Shown: piece after piece, positions 1 through 9,603 of the stretch
Numbering within the stretch: position 1 is the first letter of the stretch
Layout of the letters: every line of letters starts with the position of its first letter
Source: Anaerolineae bacterium
Lineage (GTDB): Bacteria; Chloroflexota; Anaerolineae; B4-G1; SLSP01
Length of the DNA: 64,000 nucleotides
Assembly: GCA_040767155.1 (NCBI GenBank)
Contig: JAXGPC010000003.1
Coordinates: 565,520-629,519 of the forward strand
Reading direction: 5' to 3'
Notes under the pieces: model-generated
The model's input: only the letters and a program-made list of their open reading frames with translations
The model's database searches: none
What the model was told of the DNA's origin: nothing
Made by a program: the position numbers and the translations under genes

Positions 1-610
1 GTGCCATCAGTTCGACGCGCCGCACACCCAGAGCACTCGCCTCTGCATCACTCAAATAGGGGTCATAGACGGCGATGTCGCAATGAAAGGGCTTGAGCAA
101 CCCGATGACGCGTCGCCCGACCATGCTCGCCGACACAATGCCAATCCGCTTATGGTACAGCTCGTGAGCATAGCACTGACTCTTGGACCACCTCCGGTCC
201 CGTTTCATCAGGGTCTCGTACCGGTACAGATCGCGTTGCATGCTGAGCATCGCCCAGAGTGTATACTCGGCCACGGAGTCTGCGATGACGGCGGCGGCGC
301 TCAACACTACAATACCGCGATCGTACCCCTCTTTCGGCATCAGATGCTTCACACTCCCGGCAGCATGCCCCACGATCCTCAGCCGGTCGGCCGAAGAAAG
401 CAACTCGGGAGTGAAGGCCGGCGATCCCCATGAAGTCACCACGGCGTCGGCTCCGGGCAACAGAGCAGCCAGCTCCTCTGCGGTGAAATCACGGTCCGTC
501 TCATTCCACACGACCTCCCCCAAGCTTTCGAGTGTCGCCCGAGCATGGCCTGATAGAATATCCCGGCTAAGGCTCATCCGTGGCAAGAACAGGATTCTGC
601 GCGTCCCCAT
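1..610 (-). CDS. D-isomer-specific 2-hydroxyacid dehydrogenase family protein, N-terminal ~203 aa (gene runs off the window start; edge-truncated so not in ORF track)
   Basis: Manual reverse-strand translation from ATG at 608-610 with GGAGG 8 nt upstream: MGTRRILFLPRMSLSRDILSGHA...AGSVKHLMPKEGYDRGIVVLSAAAV...KRIGIVSASMVGRRVIGLLKPFHCDIAVYDPY; catalytic plus Rossmann NAD-binding segments typical of the family; frame open to position 2; the three ORF-track ORFs in 83..662 are other frames of this gene. Confidence 0.7.
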   Translation of the reverse strand, partial: MGTRRILFLPRMSLSRDILSGHARATLESLGEVVWNETDRDFTAEELAALLPGADAVVTSWGSPAFTPELLSSADRLRIVGHAAGSVKHLMPKEGYDRGIVVLSAAAVIADSVAEYTLWAMLSMQRDLYRYETLMKRDRRWSKSQCYAHELYHKRIGIVSASMVGRRVIGLLKPFHCDIAVYDPYLSDAEASALGVRRVELMA

Positions 611-824
611 AGTGTGCACCTCCTTCCGAAGAGTGATCGGAGCATCTCCACCGGACCCATAGCCAAGTATAGGCGTCAGCATCCGTCCCACAATCGCGGC
701 TGGCTGGACGCCCGCTATAATGCGGTCGTGCGCCGAATCACAGATGGGCCAGGAAAAGGGAATGCTCTCGAGAGCTCCTGTTTCCCTGATCACCCAGCCC
801 CTGCCAGCCCATACACATAGAGGG

Positions 825-1949
825 AAGATGGACCACCGAGAACGCTTCATCGCAGCTATGGAGTACCAACCCGTCGATGCCGTGCCCAACTGGGAGCTTG
901 GCGTTTGGGGCCAGACCCTGGATCGCTGGGAGGCCGAGGGGCTCGACCCGACCTCACTACACTGGAACTGGTTCGCCGGCGAGGCAACGCTTGGAATGGA
1001 TCCCAAGGAGTTCATTTACTTCTGTGGGGATCCCCTGCCCAGGTTTGAGGTTGAGGTCTTCACTGAGGATGACCGCACCATCACCTATCGCGACGAGAAG
1101 GGCATGGTTCGCAAGGGACTCAAGGAAGGCAGCGCGCATGGCACGCGCGCCTCGATGGACGAGTTCATCGACTTCCCGGTGCACACAATGGCGGATTGGA
1201 GAGAGGTCAAGAAGCGCTTCAACCCCACCAGCCCGCAGCGCTATGAGCCCAACTGGGACGTCTTCCGCGTCAAGGGTTGGCACCAGCGCACACATCCCCT
1301 GATTTTTGGCCCCAACTGCACCACACTGGGCTTTTACTGGTGGGCACGCGAACTCATGGGTACCGAGGGGCTCTCCTATGCCTGGTATGACCAGCCAGCC
1401 CTCGTCCACGACATTATGGAACACCACGCCGAGTTTCTGATCGAGGGGGCGCGCCCGGTCCTCGAACGCACCACCGTGGACTACATCTGTCTCAATGAAG
1501 ATATGGCGATGAAGACCGGGCCGCTGCTCAGCCCGCGCACCTACAAGGAGTTCATCTTTCCACGCATGAAGCGTGTCGTCGACTTCTATAAGTCCCATGG
1601 CGTGCGCTACGTCGCCGTCGATACCGACGGCAACCCCGAGCGCCTGATACCTCTGCTGATGGAGGCCGGGGTCGACATCGTATGGCCGCTGGAACGCGCA
1701 GCAGACCAGGATCCTGTCCGCCTCCGCAAGCAGTTTGGCAGATCACTGCGGCTTTGGGGGGGTGTCGACAAACGTGTTCTCGCCCGGGGTTCCCAGGCCA
1801 TCGATGCTCACCTGCTCACGCTGGCTCAGCTGGTCGAAGAGGGAGGGTACATTCCCATCATCGACCACACGGTCCCACCGGACGTAAGCTGGGCCAACTT
1901 CCGGCACTATATGGAACAGAAGGCCAGGCTACTTCGCGGTGCACTATAG
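825..1949 (+). CDS. uroporphyrinogen decarboxylase (URO-D)-like family protein (MtaA/CmuA-type fold), function unknown
   Basis: ORF 720..1949; preferred start ATG 825 (MDHRERFIAAMEYQPVDAVPNWELGVW) preceded by AGAGGGAAG; family-typical segments ICLNEDMAMKTGPLLSPRTYKEFIFPRMKRV and YVAVDTDGN. Confidence 0.7.
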   Translation, partial: KMDHRERFIAAMEYQPVDAVPNWELGVWGQTLDRWEAEGLDPTSLHWNWFAGEATLGMDPKEFIYFCGDPLPRFEVEVFTEDDRTITYRDEKGMVRKGLKEGSAHGTRASMDEFIDFPVHTMADWREVKKRFNPTSPQRYEPNWDVFRVKGWHQRTHPLIFGPNCTTLGFYWWARELMGTEGLSYAWYDQPALVHDIMEHHAEFLIEGARPVLERTTVDYICLNEDMAMKTGPLLSPRTYKEFIFPRMKRVVDFYKSHGVRYVAVDTDGNPERLIPLLMEAGVDIVWPLERAADQDPVRLRKQFGRSLRLWGGVDKRVLARGSQAIDAHLLTLAQLVEEGGYIPIIDHTVPPDVSWANFRHYMEQKARLLRGAL

Positions 1950-1968
1950 AGGCATGGCGCACACATAA

Positions 1969-2004
1969 GGCCGGATCGGCGCACAACTCCAGGCCGATCC
2001 GGCC
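1969..2004. terminator. bidirectional terminator-like hairpin between convergent genes
   Basis: GGCCGGATCGGC-12 nt-GCCGATCCGGCC, perfect 12-bp stem. Confidence 0.45.
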
Positions 2005-2051
2005 TCGTGACGATCGGAAAGCTTCTCCGGGCCGCTGAGAGAGGTATTCCT

Positions 2052-2825
2052 CTACTTGCCCATCCGCCGAAGGGCTGCCAGGCTCCGCCGGGGAATGTCG
2101 AAGCCAGTCCCGGTACCTTCTTCAACCACGTACCACTCCGGGTGGTGGAGCGTCTCGGCAATCTCGAAGAACTCGTCCCAGTTCGCTAGCCCTTCGCCGA
2201 TCACGGCATCTGGCCCGGCGCCGTAATCCTTGATGTGCAACGTTCGCCCGCGTCCCGGGAATTTGCGCAGAATTCCATTCGGATCGCCGTCACCGTTGGC
2301 ACAGTTGCCATTGTCCATCTGCATCACGACGTCGGCACAGGTATTGCTGAAGAGGATCTCCCAGGCCGTCTCGCCACCGAAGCGCATGAAGTCAAAAGGA
2401 TGGGCATGGTATCCCGTCCACATCCCGAGCGGCTTGAGCGTCTCTGCCGTCCGATCGAGGATGTCAGCCAGTTCCATGATCCGATCCACCGAGCTCATCC
2501 GGGCCTGGTCGGCTGCAATGATAAGGAAATGACTGCCCAGGATCTGGTTGAGCTCGACCGTGCGCTGGAGCTTCTCACCCATCAGTGCCTCAGTTCGCAC
2601 GTGCATCCCACAACAGGCCAGGCCGTTGTCATCCAGCACCGTGCGCATCTGATGAGGCTCCCAGCCCATCCATTCGAGCTTTTCCCCGTCATAGCCATAG
2701 GGCTCGACGCCTGCATAACCGATCTTCGCGATCGACTCAAATGCAAAGGGCAAGTCCTTGGTGACCTCATCCCGTACAGAGTAGAGCTGCAGGCCAATAG
2801 GAACCTTCTTCGTTGTCTCTGACAT
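2052..2825 (-). CDS. sugar phosphate isomerase/epimerase (xylose isomerase-like TIM barrel) family protein
   Basis: ORF 2052..2867; preferred start MSETTKKVPIGLQLYSVRDE with GGAGGA RBS; AP-endonuclease-2/xylose-isomerase-like TIM barrel sequence features. Confidence 0.75.
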   Translation of the reverse strand: MSETTKKVPIGLQLYSVRDEVTKDLPFAFESIAKIGYAGVEPYGYDGEKLEWMGWEPHQMRTVLDDNGLACCGMHVRTEALMGEKLQRTVELNQILGSHFLIIAADQARMSSVDRIMELADILDRTAETLKPLGMWTGYHAHPFDFMRFGGETAWEILFSNTCADVVMQMDNGNCANGDGDPNGILRKFPGRGRTLHIKDYGAGPDAVIGEGLANWDEFFEIAETLHHPEWYVVEEGTGTGFDIPRRSLAALRRMGK

Positions 2826-2888
2826 TCCTGATCCTCCTGGATTGTGTAGGGAACACCATCGGCGCATCGGAATCTCGAAACCGGATCG

Positions 2889-3494
2889 TCATTCTCCGGA
2901 ACGGAAGTCCATGACAGGCTGGGGACTCAGCTCAAAACACGAGAACGTTGCGTGACAACCACCCACAAAAGGAGCTTGTGCGTGGACACCGACCATGACC
3001 GTCTCGGGCAACGCAAGGCCAAATGTGCGCACAAAACGCCACCCCTTGCCGTCCAGACTGTAGTGCATGCCGAACACATCACCGCGGCGCGTGATCCGCA
3101 GAGCACACTCGGGTCCGGGAAGCAGTTCGTTGTTGGCGTCATCCGACCATGGGTTGGTCACCACCGATACGACAGAGATGTCACCGATGGGACTGCGCTC
3201 CAGGCATAGTTTGGCCCACTGTGTTGGGGCCGCGCGCACGGTCAGGGCCACCGCGTCGCCGAAACCCACCAACTCGGCGCGCGCATGGGTCACGGCGGTG
3301 AAGTCCCCCGTCACCTCAGTGTACAAGAGGCACGCATTGTCCTTCGGTGTTCCCTGATAGGGACGGAAGAAATCCGTCTTCGCCCAGGGCACGATGTGCA
3401 GGCCTTCAGTGTCGAAGCGCCAGTCCGGCGGCTCCTCAAGCCATGCCAGTCCATCCGCCAGCTGCCGCCCGTGACAGCCCTCAAACAGGTTCAT
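2889..3494 (-). CDS. DUF1349-type (concanavalin A-like lectin/glucanase fold) protein
   Basis: 201-aa ORF ...WRFDTEGLHIVPWAKTDFFRPYQGTPKDNA...; co-oriented with and 63 nt upstream of the sugar isomerase gene. Confidence 0.55.
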   Translation of the reverse strand: MNLFEGCHGRQLADGLAWLEEPPDWRFDTEGLHIVPWAKTDFFRPYQGTPKDNACLLYTEVTGDFTAVTHARAELVGFGDAVALTVRAAPTQWAKLCLERSPIGDISVVSVVTNPWSDDANNELLPGPECALRITRRGDVFGMHYSLDGKGWRFVRTFGLALPETVMVGVHAQAPFVGGCHATFSCFELSPQPVMDFRSGE

Positions 3495-3547
3495 GCTGCC
3501 GCCTCCCGCCTAGTGAGCTAAGCCGAGTGTACACCACGAACCTGAAA

Positions 3548-3568
3548 CTGCCAGAACCGCTCTGGCAG
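3548..3568 (-). terminator. putative intrinsic terminator downstream of the MscS gene
   Basis: CTGCCAGA-accgc-TCTGGCAG palindrome followed on the minus strand by UUUCAGGUU. Confidence 0.4.
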
Positions 3569-3604
3569 CTCGCCCCAGGCCTGCCCGGCACTTCGTCGGC
3601 TTGG

Positions 3605-4831
3605 TCAGGCAACCGCTGCCAGAACGCGGAAGTCCGTGCCCGTAGGCTGCTGGAAGACCCGCAGGCCAAAGGCCGGTGCGGCAGCGACCAGGTGCTCGAA
3701 GATCTCGGCCTGGATTGCCTCATATGAGCCCCACGCCGTTGTCTTGGTAAAAGCGTAGACCTCAAGGGGGAGTCCCATCGGTCCAGGATCGAGCTGTCGT
3801 ATGAGAAACGCCATGTCGCCTTCCTGGTGGACATCGGCACGACTCTTCAGATAGGCACTTATGTACACTCGAAACACACCCACGTTCGTCAGCTCGTGCT
3901 CGGCACATACATCCCGGGTGCACGCATCATCACGACCGCCACGCGCCACCACATCAGCAATACGTTGCTCCACATAGTCCTGGATCAGGCCGATGCTCCG
4001 AAAACGCTCGATCATCTCGGAATCGCAGAATGCGATGCTGGTGAGGTCGACATGCAGGGCGCGCTTGATCCGGCGCCCCCCACTCTCGGTCATTCCTCGC
4101 CAATTTCGATAGGGCGTGTCAAGGAGCTTGTGCGTCGGCACGACCGTGATCGTGTTGTCCCAGTTCTGCACCTTGATAGTGTGCAGCGCGACGTTTGTCA
4201 CGATGCCGTCAGCCTCATAGGCTGACATCTCGATCCAGTCGCCCTCGCGGACCAGGTCGTGCGATTGGATCTGTAAACTGGCCACGAAGGAGAGGAGTGT
4301 GTCGTGGAAGATCAGGACCAGCACTGCCGTGATCGCCCCAAGGCCACTCAAGAGCACGATGGGCGATTTCCCCGTGATCTGAGCCGCACTCAGGATCACG
4401 CCTACTACAATCGTCAGCAGCTTTCCAAGATCCAGATAGCTCTGGATCGACACGCCACGATAGCTGCTACCACTCTCGTAGATGACGTTGATTGCCGTGA
4501 AGAGCCCGAGAAACGTGACCACAACAAGCCATAGGATGGCAATCAGGACAAGCGTCTGTGCCGTTTCGGTCCATTGGGGAACCCACGTCGCCAGGTAATA
4601 CGTCAGCAGGAGCGGCGCCAGCCATGCAAAACGATACGGCCGCATATGCTTCACCAGGATGTCATCAACGCGGGTCTTCGACCGTTGGGCCAAATAGACG
4701 AGGCCTCGGGCGATCAGGTTGCGCGCAACCAGCAACACGACAGCGTTGAGTACCAGCGCAATCCCCACCAAGACCCACGGCGCCAGCACCGGGTTATCCT
4801 CAAGCCAGCGCGCTATGCGCTCAATCGTCAT
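3605..4831 (-). CDS. mechanosensitive ion channel, MscS family
   Basis: 408 aa; N-terminal TM helices followed by MscS beta-domain signature ...ITGKSPIVLLSGLGAITAVLVLIFHDTLLSFVASLQIQ...DWIEMS..GIVTNVALHTIKVQNWDNTITVVPTHKL. Confidence 0.8.
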   Translation of the reverse strand: MTIERIARWLEDNPVLAPWVLVGIALVLNAVVLLVARNLIARGLVYLAQRSKTRVDDILVKHMRPYRFAWLAPLLLTYYLATWVPQWTETAQTLVLIAILWLVVVTFLGLFTAINVIYESGSSYRGVSIQSYLDLGKLLTIVVGVILSAAQITGKSPIVLLSGLGAITAVLVLIFHDTLLSFVASLQIQSHDLVREGDWIEMSAYEADGIVTNVALHTIKVQNWDNTITVVPTHKLLDTPYRNWRGMTESGGRRIKRALHVDLTSIAFCDSEMIERFRSIGLIQDYVEQRIADVVARGGRDDACTRDVCAEHELTNVGVFRVYISAYLKSRADVHQEGDMAFLIRQLDPGPMGLPLEVYAFTKTTAWGSYEAIQAEIFEHLVAAAPAFGLRVFQQPTGTDFRVLAAVA

Positions 4832-4906
4832 CGTCTCACCTCACGACACAGAATTTGAGATAGGTTGGCAAGCAAGCAGCAGAACCGAAAGCCGCGCCTC
4901 AGAGCC

Positions 4907-6103
4907 CTAAGGGGCCGGGGTCAGACCCTTGACATGCAGGTCGAAGAACGCCACCGACCGCTGCATGGCCGCACCGAAGCCGCTGCTGATGTTGTGATTG
5001 TCATTTGGATAGATGAAGAGTTCCGATACCTGTCCAGCTTCCCCTAGAGAGGCATGTAGAATCTCGGAATACTCGACCGGAACCGAATCGTCTGCAGTGC
5101 CGTGATGGATCTGAACCGGCCCCGAGATCTCGTCAAGGTACGAGAACGGGTCAATCGCCTCCCAGAAGGCGCGATTCTCCTCAACCGCATCGAGCCGGAA
5201 GATCTCATCATTCCAGTCGTTGGCTGTATCATCCGGGTTCGGTGTCGGCGTGGGGCGATCTGCCCACCGGTCGGCCCACCGTTGGATGATCATCGGGTAT
5301 GGAGCCGTCACGCCCGCCCAGATTACGCCTGCCTTGATTGTGTCGGTCACCACCATCGCCCGCAGCGTGATCGAGCCACCCATCGAGTGTCCCCACATAC
5401 CCACCCGATCTGAGTCTGCATCGGGGTACGCCATCACCGACGCCATCGCGTTGAGAACGTCCACGGTATAGGCGGGAGACGCGAAGGAGTTGGTGGGGGT
5501 TCCTTCGGAGGACCCGTGGCCCCGATAGTCAGGCCGAAGAAGGATATAGCCATTCCGCGAGAAAGCGTCGGTATAGGCGATGTAGCGCTCCGTTGTGCGG
5601 TACTGCGTTGGTGGGATGTAACCATGGTTGAAGATCACCACAGGCCACCCCGTTGCAGGTTTCTCACCCCGCGGCACCGTCAAGAGAGCGTAGATCTTGA
5701 GCCCCTCCGAGAGATAGGACACGATGGTTCGGTCGTAGTTTGATCCCGGCGACAGCGTCTCTTCAATGACCAGCTCGCTACCCGGATACGCATCGGCACG
5801 CATCACCTCGACCATCAGAGGATGCGTAGGGGTCGGTGTCGGCGTAGGCGTGGCTGTCGGTTGGGGTGTCAGCGTCGCAGTCGGCACCGGCGAGGCCGTG
5901 GCAGTTGGGGGCGGCGTGGCGGTTAATAGGGAAGCCGTGGAGCTGGCCGTTGGCCGGTCAGCCGTCAAGGTCTCCGCAGGCACGGATCTGTCAGCCGGCG
6001 ACACACATCCGACGGCAAGCAACAGAAGCAGGTGGCTCCCCATCCAGAACGCGAGCACGTTCGGCCTTCGGCGTCCGGTGTTACGCTGTTTCTTTCCTGC
6101 CAT
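4907..6103 (-). CDS. secreted/lipoprotein alpha/beta hydrolase (S9 peptidase / dienelactone hydrolase-like) with Pro/Thr-rich linker
   Basis: Signal peptide with possible lipobox LLLLAVGC; PT-rich linker TATASPVPTATLTPQPTATPTPTPTPT; nucleophile elbow GHSMGG; C-terminal catalytic His region. Confidence 0.75.
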   Translation of the reverse strand: MAGKKQRNTGRRRPNVLAFWMGSHLLLLLAVGCVSPADRSVPAETLTADRPTASSTASLLTATPPPTATASPVPTATLTPQPTATPTPTPTPTHPLMVEVMRADAYPGSELVIEETLSPGSNYDRTIVSYLSEGLKIYALLTVPRGEKPATGWPVVIFNHGYIPPTQYRTTERYIAYTDAFSRNGYILLRPDYRGHGSSEGTPTNSFASPAYTVDVLNAMASVMAYPDADSDRVGMWGHSMGGSITLRAMVVTDTIKAGVIWAGVTAPYPMIIQRWADRWADRPTPTPNPDDTANDWNDEIFRLDAVEENRAFWEAIDPFSYLDEISGPVQIHHGTADDSVPVEYSEILHASLGEAGQVSELFIYPNDNHNISSGFGAAMQRSVAFFDLHVKGLTPAP

Positions 6104-6305
6104 GCAAGGCTCCTATTGCTTTCTCCGATTTTAAACACCATTATAGCACATATATGCACTCGGCGCGACGGCAATCCCGTCCCTGCACCTTCTGGCACTT
6201 TCTAGATTCTGGTGTACGGTGGTTTGTACCCAGTCAGGCGGTCAGACCCTCCTGACTCGCGGTTAGGAATGCGGCGGCGTAGCCAGCCCCAAGAAGGACA
6301 GTCGT

Positions 6306-6845
6306 ATGGCACCTCGCAAATCCAAGACCGATCCGGAGATCGTGGAGCTACCCTCGCGCACGATGGCGGTTGTTCGCACGGTTGGGGATCCAAACGAGAT
6401 TGGTGAGCGTGTGTTCAAGGCACTCTATGGCGCGGCCTACACGCTCAAGTTCGATCTTAAGAAACGTGGGGACACGTTCAAGATCGAGCCACCACGTGCC
6501 CGTTGGTTTGCTGGCGAAAATTGGCGCGATGTGCCTCGCGATCACTGGACTGCCGCCTGGGCACTGCCAGTTCCGGACGGCACAACCGAGGTCGTGCAGA
6601 AGGTGCCCGAACAACCTGTGACCATCGAGGGCTGGGACTACGGCACCGTCGCCCAAATCCTCCACATCGGCGCCTATGCGGATGAGGCACCGACGATCGA
6701 GAGGCTTCACGCCTTTATCGAAGCCCAAGGCTACGAGATCGCCGGGCCCCACGAAGAAGAGTACCAGTCGCGTCCTGGTGCAAAGACGCAGAAAACCGTC
6801 ATTCGCTATCAGGTACGCCAGAAGATGGGGACCGATGCTCTTTAG
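6306..6845 (+). CDS. GyrI-like small-molecule binding domain protein
   Basis: 179 aa; C-terminal ...ILHIGAYADEAPTIERLHAFIEAQGYEIAGPHEEEYQS typical of GyrI-like/AraC effector-binding fold. Confidence 0.55.
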   Translation: MAPRKSKTDPEIVELPSRTMAVVRTVGDPNEIGERVFKALYGAAYTLKFDLKKRGDTFKIEPPRARWFAGENWRDVPRDHWTAAWALPVPDGTTEVVQKVPEQPVTIEGWDYGTVAQILHIGAYADEAPTIERLHAFIEAQGYEIAGPHEEEYQSRPGAKTQKTVIRYQVRQKMGTDAL

Positions 6846-8169
6846 GTCCACGTCCGTCGCCAGGACATGGGATACCTGGGTGTACCACTATGCAGGAACT
6901 TACCACCTGTACTACTGCACGAGTGAAACCGGCCCAGGTGATGGTTTTGGGGTAGCCACTTCGGAAGACGGCGTCACCTGGGTTGACCATGGACGCGTAT
7001 TGGGACCCTCCGACAAGATGGTCAGGTATATGGGCGCCGGCTCCGTATGGAAGTCCATAAGCTCCTCGGAACCGGAGCAGTTCATCTGCAACTATTCTGA
7101 ATGGCGGATGGAGGATGACGACGCCATCCAGCGCATCCTCTTCGCCCGGTCGAACGATCTGGTTCATTGGCACAAGGTTGATGACGCTGCCAGCTTCAGG
7201 ATCGACGAGCGGTTCTATCAGAAGATCAAGAAAGACCCCCATGGGCCGTGGGAGTGGCCTCGTTGGGATGGACTCTGCGTCATTCCACGCCCAAACGGTG
7301 GATACTACGGCTACTGGACCGCCACACCAAGGGACGCGTTAGGGTTTGGCTTCGGGGAGAGCGACGATGGATTGCACTGGCGCGCACTCGAGCCGCCGCA
7401 GATCGCGTGGGGCGACCCACCCGAGCTCTACTTCGTCGAGGTCGGTGGCGTTCATGAGTTCGACGGGAAGTTCTACTGCATGGTGGGTGATTACGCAGAC
7501 ATCAACTGTGGGATGTACACGCTGGTGGCCGACGCTCCAGGAGGTCCCTTCCGCCCGGCGTCGAGAAACTTCGGTCTCCTGCGGAACCGGACCAGGATGC
7601 ACGTCTACTTCTCACGGTTCCTCGACACGCCCAACGGCGTTCTCGTAAACCACCACACGCTCGCCGAAGGAAAGTTCTCAGACGAGCACTTCGTCGTCTA
7701 CGTCGCGCCGCTCAAGCGAGCTCGGATCATCGATGATGGCCTCTATCTCGCCTGGTGGTCAGGGAATGACAAGCTCAAGGGCACGGAGATCGCGATATCC
7801 GCTACAGACAAGGATACGGTGAGCACCCGTGCCGATACCGGTCTCATACTCGAGGGCACATTGGCGCTACCAGGAAGCCTCTTCATCGGCACCCAGGGCG
7901 AAGCCGGGGTATCGATCTCCGTCGATACGGACGCCACGACCATAATCGGCCCTGCCGCACAGGACGGAGTGTTGGCCAACTGTGAGGAAGAGGTCAACAG
8001 GGAGATCTCGCTTGGCCCTTGCCCTCGATTTCGTCTGCTGCTCCGTCACACGATGCTCGAGTTTTACCTGGAGGATCTGCTCGTTCAGTGCTACACCATG
8101 GCGCGTCCGATGAACGGTACCATCTCCTATCACAACGCCGCTGCGCTGAAACTCTGGAGCTGGACCTAG
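6835..8169 (+). CDS. glycoside hydrolase, five-bladed beta-propeller superfamily (GH43/GH32/GH130-like), family not resolved
   Basis: ORF 6676..8169; preferred start ATG 6835 (MLFRSTSVARTWDTWVYHYAGTYHLYYC...GDGFGVATSEDGVTWVDHGRVLGP) overlapping the previous stop by 11 nt. Confidence 0.5.
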   Translation: MLFRSTSVARTWDTWVYHYAGTYHLYYCTSETGPGDGFGVATSEDGVTWVDHGRVLGPSDKMVRYMGAGSVWKSISSSEPEQFICNYSEWRMEDDDAIQRILFARSNDLVHWHKVDDAASFRIDERFYQKIKKDPHGPWEWPRWDGLCVIPRPNGGYYGYWTATPRDALGFGFGESDDGLHWRALEPPQIAWGDPPELYFVEVGGVHEFDGKFYCMVGDYADINCGMYTLVADAPGGPFRPASRNFGLLRNRTRMHVYFSRFLDTPNGVLVNHHTLAEGKFSDEHFVVYVAPLKRARIIDDGLYLAWWSGNDKLKGTEIAISATDKDTVSTRADTGLILEGTLALPGSLFIGTQGEAGVSISVDTDATTIIGPAAQDGVLANCEEEVNREISLGPCPRFRLLLRHTMLEFYLEDLLVQCYTMARPMNGTISYHNAAALKLWSWT

Positions 8170-8223
8170 GCTGCAACATGGACTGCGGACTGAGCGAAGA
8201 CCGACCTCAGACAAGGAGTCGCT

Positions 8224-9090
8224 ATGACGCCCTGTAAACTCGTGCTGGTGGAGGGCATCCCCGGGTCGGGGAAGACGACGACAGCTACGTTTGTCAAGCG
8301 CCTGTTGGATCGCCACGACGTTCCCAACCGCCTCTTTTGTGAAGGCGATCTGGACCACCCGGCGGACTTCGAGAGCGTCGCGCACTTCGACAGCCCCGAC
8401 TTTGAGACGTTTCTTGCAAACCATGCCCCCTATCGGCATCTGTTGGAGCAGCACGTCGTCAAGGAAGGCGCTGACTGTTTCGTGCCATACCGCAAGCTCA
8501 GAGGAGACCATGAAGATGTGCCCCTCGATGGCCTTATAGCCGAGCTCGCCAAACGGGAGGTCTATGAGACACCACTGGCAGGCACATACTGCCGACTGGC
8601 AGCGGCCCGGTGGCGACGGTTCGTCGATGAAGCCCGAACGCGCCACGAAGTCACGGTCTTCGAAACGTGTTTCCTGCAGAACCCGCTGACAGTACTCCTC
8701 GGCAAACACAATGTACCCGTATCAGATGCCCTCGATCACATCCACACGATCGTGAAAACAGTCCAGCCGTTGCAGCCGGTCCTGGTATACCTGCAGCAAC
8801 GCCATCCTCGCGCCACGGTCGAGCGAGCCGCTGCCGAGAGACCACAAGCATGGAAGGAATTCCTCATCACGTATTTCATTCAGCAAGGATGGGGCAAGGC
8901 TACAGGCGCCCAGGGCTTCGAGGGTGTCATCGCATTCTACGAGATGCGGCAGCGCGTTGAGTTGCAGGTCATACGCAGCGCCGATCTGGATTACCTGATC
9001 ATCGACACTGATGCCAGGAGCTGGGACGAGAACCAACGTATCCTGGCTGCCTTTCTGGGATCGGCACTCGACCTCACCACTTCGCCCTGA
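8224..9090 (+). CDS. P-loop NTPase / kinase-like protein of unknown specificity
   Basis: Walker A VLVEGIPGSGKTTTA at the N-terminus; 288 aa. Confidence 0.55.
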   Translation: MTPCKLVLVEGIPGSGKTTTATFVKRLLDRHDVPNRLFCEGDLDHPADFESVAHFDSPDFETFLANHAPYRHLLEQHVVKEGADCFVPYRKLRGDHEDVPLDGLIAELAKREVYETPLAGTYCRLAAARWRRFVDEARTRHEVTVFETCFLQNPLTVLLGKHNVPVSDALDHIHTIVKTVQPLQPVLVYLQQRHPRATVERAAAERPQAWKEFLITYFIQQGWGKATGAQGFEGVIAFYEMRQRVELQVIRSADLDYLIIDTDARSWDENQRILAAFLGSALDLTTSP

Positions 9091-9112
9091 ACGCATTGAA
9101 GGAGTCAGACCC

Positions 9113-9556
9113 ATGGGAGACCGCGGAACCGCAACCCGTATCCTGGCAATCTTTGGCACCGTTTTAGTGTGGCTGCCTGTCTTGGCGCCGATCGTCTTGG
9201 CGTTCGTGGCACTGTTCAGAGTCGGCCGGTTCCTCTTCGACTATCTGATGCCGGCCGAGCTCTTTGCCATCGTCCTGCTGGGAGGGGCGCTGTTGATTGG
9301 ATCAGCCGTGCGCGCCCAGTCGAGGCGTGCGCTCATCATCTGGAGCCTTGTGATCGCTACGGTGTTGCTTTTCGGTAGCCAGGCCCTCGCTGTTGAAACC
9401 GGACTGGCCTCAGGCGCACGAGAGCCGACTGGGATATGGTACGTGCTCGTTCTGAGTGGCATCATCGCTATGAACCTCGCCGTGGCTGCTATGGGCGTTG
9501 GCGGCGTCCTGCTCGTGCGGGACCTCTTCAGCCCTCACCAACAACCGGACGTATAG
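9113..9556 (+). CDS. hypothetical integral membrane protein
   Basis: ORF 9011..9556; preferred start MGDRGTATRILAIFG at 9113 after AGGAG RBS; four predicted TM helices. Confidence 0.5.
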   Translation: MGDRGTATRILAIFGTVLVWLPVLAPIVLAFVALFRVGRFLFDYLMPAELFAIVLLGGALLIGSAVRAQSRRALIIWSLVIATVLLFGSQALAVETGLASGAREPTGIWYVLVLSGIIAMNLAVAAMGVGGVLLVRDLFSPHQQPDV

Positions 9557-9603
9557 GCGCTCTTCGGGCACCCAACGGTCGATCCAGCGCCAACAGAGTG
9601 ACG

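Noticed and set aside
83-662. ORFs 83..433 +, 150..431 - and 183..662 + at the window start
   Set aside because: All overlap the edge-truncated 2-hydroxyacid dehydrogenase gene on the minus strand (frame with ATG at 608-610 and GGAGG RBS), which has clear family features. The listed ORFs are alternative frames.
6104-6305. tRNA/ncRNA in the intergenic gaps 6104-6305, 15409-15546, 21346-21472 and 34595-34802
   Set aside because: No tRNA-like conserved elements (for example a GTTCGAATC T-arm) and no cloverleaf-compatible pairing were seen. Promoter or terminator sequences plausibly account for these gaps.
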